From Epiperipatus broadwayi (taxonomy: Eukaryota; Animalia; Onychophora): a DNA stretch of 64,000 nucleotides. The notes below the pieces were generated by a model, which was given only the letters and a program-made list of their open reading frames with translations, ran no database searches and was not told the origin of the DNA. The stretch is from NCBI GenBank assembly GCA_028023455.1, contig JAQFVV010000006.1:16058001-16122000 (forward strand). Reading direction: 5' to 3'. The translations under genes and the position numbers were made by a program. Position 1 is the first letter of the stretch, and each line of letters begins with the position of its first letter. Positions 54,127 to 64,000 of the stretch are shown here, piece by piece.

Positions 54127-55290
54127 GATAATATGTATGAATATTAAAATATGGTGAAAACTATTCTTTTTTACATTTGCAGAATAAAGATTATTAGAGA
54201 TGCTCTGTTTGTGCCCATTTTAATGTCCTTTTTATCATTATCATTTATTGATAGCATCAATCTATTAATAGCAGTCTTTCCAACAACTACTTAGTGGGTC
54301 ACAGACATTCAATGCTTTTTACTCTCTGCTAAGAAATGAATCACAAACTTTTGTTCAAAATTACTCTATAGCTAAATTAAACTATACAATTTTACAACAG
54401 TCTCAGTTCATATGTACAAATATCTGAATGGACTTTTTTTTACAAGAAAATTAATTTGATTATCTATATTAGGCAGTTGTGTTAATTTAGACAAAATCTT
54501 TACTACAATTAAATTTTGAATTTTACAACTCATTTTATAAATGAATTCACTTTAAATTATTATAAATTAAAAATAAAGAACAACAAGAAAAACTAGAATC
54601 AGATTTGTCGTGTCAGGAATATAATTAGGCTTGATATTGGATGGCCTAATGGGATTTAAAAAAATTGGTTGGTGAATAACTTTTTTTATATTTCCAAATT
54701 AAAACCGTTAGATATATTCTGTTTAAACTAGTATTTTAAGGCTCCTAGATTGTCATGTGTTCTCAGTCCACCAATAATAGTTCTGCTGATCCCTGGCTAT
54801 TTATGATTCTAGATGTAGAAGTGAGATATAAAAACTGAATTATATCTAGAAATAATAAGTAATGACTTGTAATAAAAATTAAGCGTATCATTTATCTTAT
54901 CATAGCAGCCTATAGGATTGATAGATAAAAGTAGATTCCTTTTTCTCTAGGATTTTCCATTACTGAGGACATTATCAACCAAGAGCTCCCTACATTTTTT
55001 TTAAATATTTATGTTCATAGTATCTGCTTCTAACTGAACCATTCCTCTCCATGTTGTTGTTGATCTTATCTTCTCTCCATCATTACATTGTAACAAAAGT
55101 CTAGGCATCAGGTATTTAGCATATGAATTTTTTTGGATGGCTGAATATACACAAACCTTATAAAGAAATCTCTAGAAATTTTGATCAGAACACCCTCTAA
55201 TGGTTTATTATATCATTAATTTTGATAAAACTCAAGCTTCTGATGAAGTCTGTAGATAATAAAGATAATGCTTCCATAATAAATATCATT

Positions 55291-55808
55291 GCAAGGAAAT
55301 CAAGTCATATATCACATGATTTCCTCTTAACAAGCTTTTCCGAACATCGCTATCCCAGACCAGTTTATAGCTCTGGTTTTCATCAGTGGGATGCTAGGAT
55401 ATTCAAGCATTAGATTTAAAATACCAGGCCAAGCCCAGCACTTTATCTAATGTTTAACTATTAAGTAATACAAGCTTTTTAAATTAAGTCATGTGATATA
55501 TGACTTGCTTTCCTTGCAATTATTGTTATTTCTATTAAGGTTTTGGCGATTTTATATTGCTAAGGCTATTAATATATGGTGAATCTGAACTTAGTTCAGT
55601 CCCATATGGCTATTTAAGGTAGATAGCTGGATTTGAAGACATATGGATGTTTGAACATTTCAGATTTTCTACTTAATAATTAAACATTAGATAAAGTGCT
55701 GGATTTGACATGGTATTTTAAATCTAATGCTTGAATATCCTAGAGCCTCACTGATGAAAGCCAGAGCTAGAAACCGGTCTTGTTAAGAGATATTGGCATG
55801 CTCATTAT
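55291..55808. mobile_element. Family D tandem/inverted HHR element
   Basis: Inverted arms about 55352-55470 / 55670-55780; monomer about 330 bp inferred; 15-bp direct repeat ataataaatatcatt at 55276-55290 and 55809-55823; HHRs at 55352-55392 (-, G12 changed to U) and 55746-55780 (+, CTGATGA a agc caga gct a GAAA ccg GTC, 3' stem I strand deleted). A further fragment lies at 41655-41700. Confidence 0.85.
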
Positions 55809-57412
55809 ATAATAAATATCATTTACAAAATATAATTGAAAACTTTCTAATAAAAAAATACACACACAAATGTGTAGCTGAATATACTAAGTTATATAAC
55901 AAAGATAACATCTGTAGCTGTCAAGTCTTGATGAAGAATTCTTTTCTTTAATTACTTAATTGAACAAATGATAAGCCATGTGATTATTATACTATCCCTA
56001 TAAAGTCTAATATAAGTTATTTAAAAGTTGGCAATATTAAATATTGTGTTTTTAAAAATGACACAGGACTTGCATGCATATTACTGCATGAACCATGGGT
56101 CTGCTACATCTGCAGTCTCAATATGTGCTCATAAGTGAATTCATAAGGTGCATCCTGTAAGAAACACTAATTATTAATTTAACAACAAATGAAAAAAGAC
56201 ATCTTGATATTGACAGCTTGTTTAAGAAAAATGAATCTACCACTTGTAAAGTAATAAAAAAGAGATATGCTTTTATAACAATAAAGAAAATAAATACCAG
56301 ATAGTACATTGCTATGATTTCACATCTCCAGATCAGTTTTGTTTTTGTATTCAGCAGTGAAAACTTAGGATTCAGTGCTGGAGCTAATGTTACTTACGTA
56401 TCTAGAAGCCATCATTTATTTATATTATTAAACTAACATTAGGCTTAAGGATAATCTAGTACTGTACCCTATACACTCACTGATTATTCATGCCTATAGC
56501 AAATAGCTCTAGGAAACTATTCTTAGCATATGAGTAATCTGAGAAAGTTATGTGATATTGTTGGTATTAACAATGAAGACAATTATCATATATTTTTGAG
56601 GGTGTGTGTTCAATTGAATATATATGTATGTATATGCATGTGGGCTCTTTGCATTATTTTTTTGAAATTATTTCTGGTTACAATATTAATTTGTTTATGT
56701 ACTGTAATTTTTAAATTTAGTTATGTGTGTTTATAAATGTCATAGTCCCTGTGCTGAATATTGAAAAGTACTGTATGTGTATATCTCAGTACTGTAAATA
56801 GTATTCACTAATTTATGCAATTCTCTAGATGTCATGGAAATAAATGTAGCAGATAGAATAACTTTGCTATACATTAAATAATTTTTTTGAAGATGAACAT
56901 CAACTGTTTGTACTATAGGGTTTGATGATCAAGCCAATAATATACTTAATCATCATCAATTGTTATTGTCACTACTTACCATTGATAAAATATCCTGTAA
57001 AGTTTATGATTATTTTTGCACAATAATTGTGTGATAATTATTATAAATTAAGAATATATATTATTACATTTTTTTTTTTACAGTGTTTTACTATTAAATA
57101 TAAAAAATTATATTTTTCTGAGTAACATTACCATGGAAATTATGGGATCTCAATTACAATCTGTTTAGTAATACAATATCACTTACACTCTTTTCGGAAA
57201 TTGTAGCAATATCATAAAAATTATTTTAAAAAATTAAGCTTTTAAAGCATAAGCTGATAGCATTACCAGATATCGATAATTATTCATTCACATTTTAAAT
57301 ACAAACAACAAACAAAGTACATTTCATTCATTTTACAAATTTAATCTGCTCTTTCCGACAGTTGACTGACAAAATGATGCTTTGGTTTGATTAAAATCTA
57401 ATTTTTAAAATA

Positions 57413-58485
57413 CACCTGGGTCTTGTTTTATGTGATAGATAGATACCTCAGAAAACACGCGCAAACAAAATCGTGCAAAAATAGACATAACTTACATTGA
57501 AAAAGGGGGGATGCAGTCTGTGATTTTTCAAAATTCGCATAAAAGCAAAGCACCAACATAAAATTACTTTAAAATTCGCGCAAAAAAAAAAAAAAAAGGA
57601 AATAAAATATGACTAATAAAAAATTTCAAATTTGAAAAAAATTGATACAAGACAAACTTTTTTTAACTATAATATTTAATTTTATTCAAAATAATATATT
57701 TTTATGCATAATTTACAGTACAGTAATTTACATTTTTTTATACATGTTTTAATTATTATAGCTATTTGCCGAAAAATATGTTAGTTTGCAAACAACTAGC
57801 ACCAACTTCACACTCATGTTGTGTCAATGATTTTCTGGTGACAACGTAATTAGTAATTAATCTTTGAGATGATGATTTTATTAATTGTTTATGAAACTAA
57901 CAACTAAAAATTAAATTCTTATTTTTGTCTATAATTTTCAATTCTGTTTAAAAATCAAATTTCACATCACATTATTTCAAGTCGCCGTAAATAATTTTTA
58001 AATTGTTAATTACAATTAAAAATCAGATTTTAATTTTTAATTGTCAAATTTAATTGTACCCACTGCTATTAGTGATCTTTTAAAAATAAACCTGTGAACA
58101 CTAAATGATTAATAATTAATTATGTTCTTTTTTTAAAAGCAAAAACAGAATGTGATTTAAAATGCAAAATTAACACGCACAATGTTTGAACAAATTTACA
58201 TTATAATCTTGTAATATTTAATGTGTGTATACATAAAATGTGGAAATCATGATTTTAATTTCATTATTGCATAAAATCTTACTATTATAAAGTACTGAAA
58301 ATAGTGAAATTACTAAGTTGAAAGTCGAATTCCAATAATGTGTTATTACTTTCAATATAACGTAAGTGTGCAAAATTTATTATTTAAAGTAATAGCGCAA
58401 TATCGGAGTTCGACTTCCGGTGAAACACGAATCATGTAACTTCAAAATTGTGTTAAATAAGTCCACGTAAAAAGAGACCCAGGTG
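57413..58485. mobile_element. Non-autonomous Tc1/mariner-superfamily TIR element
   Basis: TA-cacctgggtcttgttttatgtg ... cacgtaaaaagagacccaggtg-TA (22-bp TIR, 3 mismatches); no ORF recognised. Confidence 0.75.
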
Positions 58486-58788
58486 TAATTGTGAAAGACA
58501 AATGTAATTTTTTTAGAATTTATTTAATTTCTAAACAGAAATATCTATCAAACGAAATCAAATTTATTATATTTTGATATATAATAATGGTTTAATATTA
58601 AGATGAAAGTTGAAAGCTGACAGCAAGTAAAAACAAAAAAAATTGTCAGAATATAGAAGAATTTTAAAAAGTGGCAAACACTATAAACTGCCATCAAAAT
58701 GATAAAATGTCATTAGTTGATTTTAATGCTTTGTTGCTTATTTATCTTAACATGCTTTGGATAAAAAAACATAACAATATATAAAACA

Positions 58789-59005
58789 TCACATGATCAT
58801 CCTTTTCTATGCTTACATAAGCTTTTGAAACAGTAGCAAACTCTCCTTACAATAGTGCCACCTAGTGCAAGCCATAGTAATCAATAGAAGTTAGAAACTA
58901 ATCTGGGGATATTGATGAGTAGACACTAAAAAGGGATTTTATGTACAAACCTTCTAGCATTTATTTATTACTATGGCTTACACTGGATGGCACTATTGTA
59001 TGGAG
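58789..59005. mobile_element. Family A foldback (A9), half HHR retained
   Basis: caatagtgccacctagtgcaagccatagtaat / attactatggcttacactggatggcactattg arms; gtta GAAA cta ATC tgggg at 58890; 13-bp direct repeat aatatataaaaca at 58776-58788 and 59006-59018. Confidence 0.85.
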
Positions 59006-59056
59006 AATATATAAAACACATAAAGCATCATTATTTCAATAATACAAATAAGTAAT

Positions 59057-59889
59057 AACAGAAATACAGGCTTATTATAAACCTCTCTCTATATATATAT
59101 ATATGTGTGTGTGTGTAATATATAGGTATATGAGCACAGACATTCACATGACCCACCACTCTCCACTCTATCTCATAACACTGATATCCTTGAACACATA
59201 TATGTCAAAAAGAGAAATAATCACCAATATACATAATTCATGCTTTAACTAGCAATCATCAGTTGGTCCAGATTATCATCTCTACACATATATGCAATAA
59301 GTGGTCAGATATATATTAAGATAACCAATCTTCATAATTTAATGGACAGGCTTCAATCCACTCCAACTCCAACTCTTCAACCATCCATCCAATTGAAAAT
59401 CTGATGGTGGAATGCTCAAATGCCACCCTGAGGCCAAGATTCTCATCACACCCATGTTGACCTACAGTCAATCTGACCCCTCATGTACAGGACATAATTC
59501 ATTTAATACATATACAAGGCATGGGCAGATATCTCTAATATGTAAAAACTGAAATACAGGCTTATTATATACCTGTATCAATATATGTAATACATAGGGT
59601 ATATGAGCATAGACGGACAGTTGAAGAGTTGGAGTGTGGAGTGGATTGATGCCTGTCCATTAAAGTATGAGAATTGGCTATCTTAATATCTATCTGAGCA
59701 TTTATTTATTGCATATATGTGTAAGAGACGATAATCTGGACCAACTGATGATTGCTGGTTTAGCATGGAATACGTGTATTGGTGATTATTTATCTTTTCG
59801 ATATATGTGTGTTCAAGTGTATCAGTGTTTTGAGATGGAGTGGAGAGTGATGGGTCGTGTGAAAGTCTGTGCTCACATACCCTATATAT
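59057..59889. mobile_element. Family B tandem-plus-inverted HHR element (B2)
   Basis: 490-bp period (gaaatacaggcttatt 59061/59551), inversion near 59622; HHRs at 59216-59278 (-) and 59731-59789 (+); 14-bp direct repeat tacaaataagtaat at 59043-59056 and 59890-59903. Confidence 0.9.
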
Positions 59890-60894
59890 TACAAATAAGT
59901 AATGTAATGATGTTATAATCTTGGAAATTAATATATTCCTGGCTGTAAAGCTCAAACTATTATTGCCGCATGGTTGCTTGACAGGCCAATAATATTTAAT
60001 TATTACATTTACGAAATCCTCTACTGTTTATGGAATGGTAGAGTCAAGAACAAAGAGTTCCGGGTTGACTGTCTGTTGCTTAATATATATGACAGTTTGA
60101 CCACTTGAATGAACCTGTAGTGGTCAATCTACCATTTGGATGGTTTAATATCACGTGCCAAGTGGTTAACTGTGCGATTATTTATTTATTTAGCATATTA
60201 AGAGAAAAGTAGACATTCACATTTATTTACAAAACTAATCAACTCCCCTCTCTTATTTTGTTCGCAGGCTTTTTAAATTGAAATTAATTAATTATTTTAT
60301 AAAATTAATTTATAATATTTTTGTTTACAATAACAAAGAATTATATGAAAAACAATTTCAAGTAAATTAGTTTTGATATTAGTTTACAATTAATTAGAAG
60401 TTAAAGCTGTCGGGGAAAGAAGAGAGATCAATTGAACATTATTTCTTTTTTTTTTATTTCACGAAATAGACATTTTTCAGCAATGCAAGTTATTAGATTT
60501 CAGCTTTATCGAAATTTCCAACTTATCTTTTTTAAAGCAACACTGACGGATATTGTAATACGACACTTCAGTAGTTTAAGTTTTCTAACCACTGCTTCGC
60601 CAGCTGGTTAAAAAAAAACAAAAGCAATTTCTTATCTATGTTATTTACACGATGAAAATCAAAAAGCAAGCGATAAAAAGAATCAATGTTTCTTCTATAT
60701 TTTAAAAAGAAAACCATAAACTGATTACGCTTAACTTTTACCTTTATCTTTAGCCAAATAAGTTGTAATTTAGACAACTCTAGATAGCAGGGGCCAACAG
60801 CCTTTCATAATTATTTTCTGATTAATTGGCATTCATTTACACAAAAATAAGTTTAGTACCATGTGTCAAATCAGTGACCACTCTTCTCATATTA

Positions 60895-61420
60895 TATCTC
60901 ATCATCATCACTTTCAAACCTTATTGAGCCACCACGGAATAAAGGTCTCCTCAACTTTAATCGAATAATTTATTGCTTGTGAATTCATAACAAATTTGAG
61001 AACCAAAAATAGCAGCTGGGTGGCAATACATGGACCGTGAGCTCCAGAGTTTTTCCTTCTACTATTATAAATATAGGGGATTTGAACTCAGACTTTTAAG
61101 CACCCACCAACTATCCACACTATCTCATACAACTGATACACGTGACCACCCATATGTAGAAAAGATAAATAATTCAATATCCGTATTTCATGCTAAACCA
61201 TCACTCATCAGTTGGTCCAGATTATCATCTCCCACATATATATAATCACTGCTCAGTTTATATTAAAATAGCAAATCTTCACCCTTTATTCCAAATTCAA
61301 CATGACCATCCAATACCTCCAATACATAGCTTCCTTGCTTCACAATATTTCAGCAGATTGCCTCAACTTATACACCTATCTCACATGCAGTCTCTTTCTG
61401 GATCTTTTAGAAACCATATT
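60895..61420 (-). mobile_element. RTE 3' end split by an insertion
   Basis: 61330-61420 matches 10580-10665 (aaaagatccagaaagagactgcatgtgagat); 60895-60965 matches its end (EETFIPWW plus tgatgatgatgag tail). Confidence 0.6.
61170..61224 (-). ncRNA. Type I hammerhead, core intact (family B3, element about 61060-61290)
   Basis: aatctggaccaa CTGATGA gtgatggtttagcat GAAA t acgg ATA ttgaatt. Confidence 0.75.
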
Positions 61421-63189
61421 TTATAAAATACTAATGATAAATTGCAAGATTTAAATCTGTAGCTATGAATCCAAACCAAACTGTTTATCTAGCAACATAG
61501 CTTTGAATATGTTTCAATAACTTGGGTTATAAAATAATAGCAGAAATCCCTTTGAATCTTTTACAGTGAATGATGGGTAACTGTTAAATTCGGTGAAAGC
61601 AAGGTATATATTAAATTGAATGTAGATGCAATATCATTTATTAGACTCTTGATTACAAAATTATCTCAGATCAGTAGTTTTTCTACAACAAGAATTGTTA
61701 AACAATATGTTTATTATACAAGTCCTTTTTTATTATTATAAGCCTTTTACTACTCTTGTACTCATATGGTGTTAAAAGCGTAAACAAATATTAAATGTTG
61801 TTAATAACTCATTGTATGTATGTTAATTTCAAAGACAGATTGAATCAATTTATCAATAAAATATTACGACCAACTGAAAATATTTGATCATAATCACTTG
61901 TAATTTGCTATTGCTTGTCAAAGCTTTTATTATAATTTATTCTATAATCTTAATTTTAGAACTTCTAAACATTTATTTCTAATTAATAACAATAAAATTA
62001 TCAATTAGTTTCTTTACTCTTTTATCCACCAAAATCTATTTTTTAGAATCTGTTGCAAATTTTATATCAGCTGATTTGGAGATCCCCTTCCCCCACTTCC
62101 AACTAAATAAACTAAAAATAAAACTGAAATAATATCATCTATGTTCTTTACTCTTTTTTACAATGCTGTTTTGCAAACCACTAGACCGTTTCAATCATTG
62201 GGGTAATCAAAACTATCTAGTGGGTTGTAAAAAAGCATAGTAGTGACCTCTGTCTTCAATTTCTATTAACTATGCAAATATAAATGCCATCACTGCACTT
62301 TAATAACAGTAAACCATAGACTCAATGACATGGAAGAATGTTTCTTTATCATTGCTAAAAGTCACACTATCTCACAATCAGTTTTGTTGTTTTTATTGCT
62401 AGTGTATTGATGATCATCTGACAACTTAAGAATAAACTGAAGCTTTTATTCTTTGGTTAATATTGATTTCACTTGACTGTGATTGGATTGCCTGAAAAAA
62501 AAAATCTAAGACTAAATTTAAAACTCTAGACTATGGGCATCGCAAGCAGGGGTGTTGACAACTTTGCCAAGAGCTTCTTTTAATATACATTTAACAATTC
62601 CATATATTTGCTCTCCACATTTTGTATAGCATACTTCATTATATTTTCTTGATTAAAAGCTTTTTTTTTAATTATTTCCTATTAATTATAACTAGCCAAG
62701 AATTGCACCAGTGTAAGAAGACTAAAATGTCTGACATGGATAAAAGACAAAGGAGCTCAAAAAATTCTTATAGCAAAATGATAGCAAGAGACAGTATCCT
62801 TAGATGAGAGGTATATTCTCTGGGGTTAAGGTTTACATATCATAATCCCCAAAAGATAAATTATTCTCAAGGCAAAGACAAAGAGTGTCTAGCAGAGAAC
62901 CACAAATTCTGACATGCAAATTAATCATTGTTTTCATTTTTGAAATGCTGTGATATGTTTAACACTGATGTGGGAAACAACAGATAGTACAAATTATACA
63001 AATAGAAGTATCAAAAATCAAATCATTGGCCATATTGTTTTTACGTAAACAGTTTGAGATGTGCTGAACACAGTTTCAATCTTGGTTGCTAACAAGATGT
63101 TAATAAGTATTCTTGAAAAACTATGAAAGAAATGTAAACAATATGGGTTTGAAATAACCATGTTAAAATCAAAGTCATGATTATATATA

Positions 63190-63480
63190 TTTTCTCTATT
63201 ACCACTGTTACGCCATCTAGTGTAAGTTTTAATAATCAAGAAATGCCAGACAGTAGAATTTAATAAATCTCTATTCAATACTGACCTAACCAATATACCC
63301 AGAATGTTTCTAACTTGTGGTTTTCATCAGTGAGGGCTTTGAATGTGGATCAGCTTACTTAGATCTTTTAGATTTATTGACTTTCCTAAAGTTTACACTA
63401 GATGGCAGAATAGTGGTGAGAAAAGAAGTAATTTCTGCTGAACGCCATACTTAAGCTACAGTCACGTGATTTCTATATCA
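63190..63480 (-). mobile_element. Divergent family A monomer (A10) with HHR at 63298-63336
   Basis: ccctca CTGATGA a aac cacaa gtt a GAAA c ATTC tggg; the tail-like motif tcacgtgactgtagcttaagtatgg lies upstream of the HHR here, whereas it is downstream in other copies. Confidence 0.65.
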
Positions 63481-64000
63481 TACTAATGACAATTACCTCA
63501 AATTAGAAGTGTTACACATATTTGTTCCATCACAAACATTCTGAAGTTTTGCAATAGAAAGAATAGCAATAATAAAACTATCTAAAATATGAAAAATCCA
63601 AAATATTGAAATTTTAAGTTACCGAATTAAAATTAATCAATTGTCTTCTCAGATGAAAAAGATAGATGCATTTGATATGTGGCATGACCAAAGAATGTGT
63701 TAGACATACTGAACCATATATTTATATGTATGGTTTAAATGTCGGCATAGAGCAATATTTAAAAGCTGAAAAAAAAAATAGAAATAGTTCAATAAATATA
63801 TATATTTTTTATGTAATTCTTTTTTTTTTTTGGAAATATATAATGAAAGTTATTTGTGTTGGATATTATCTATTTAATTAAAATTAAAATTGGAGGAAAT
63901 AGAAATGCATAAAGATTGTTTATTCAGATAAATAAAAGAAAGACATTCCAAACATAAGTGATTCTGATCAGAGTTTTACCGATAATTAAATATGGCTCCT

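Noticed and set aside
55240-55265. CTGATGAagtc HHR-like start
   Set aside because: No GAAA core or stem I.

Overview
Eukaryotic, very AT-rich, largely CpG-depleted DNA, probably intronic or intergenic sequence from an invertebrate (arthropod-like; this is inference). No host protein-coding gene could be confidently identified. The window is a mosaic of transposon debris: an L1/Tx1-like ORF2 3' half still open for about 460 codons, three RTE 3' ends, another non-LTR C-terminal remnant, two mariner relics, a TA-flanked TIR element, tRNA-derived SINE heads, five Penelope-like (GIY-YIG) remnants and long microsatellites. The main signal is about 23 type I hammerhead ribozyme (HHR) motifs, roughly 10 with a near-intact core. 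They lie in Penelope ends and in at least four non-coding repeat families (called A, B, C and D here). These insertions look like palindromic MITEs, but they carry HHRs with self-complementary stem III, have asymmetric arms with a different inversion point in each copy, often contain partial tandem monomers of about 330-490 bp, and are flanked by variable 11-15 bp target-site duplications. Together this points to ribozyme-bearing RNAs (retrozyme-like) retro-inserted as foldbacks, probably by Penelope machinery. All alignments and folds were done by eye, so boundaries may be off by a few bases and ribozyme activity is untested.
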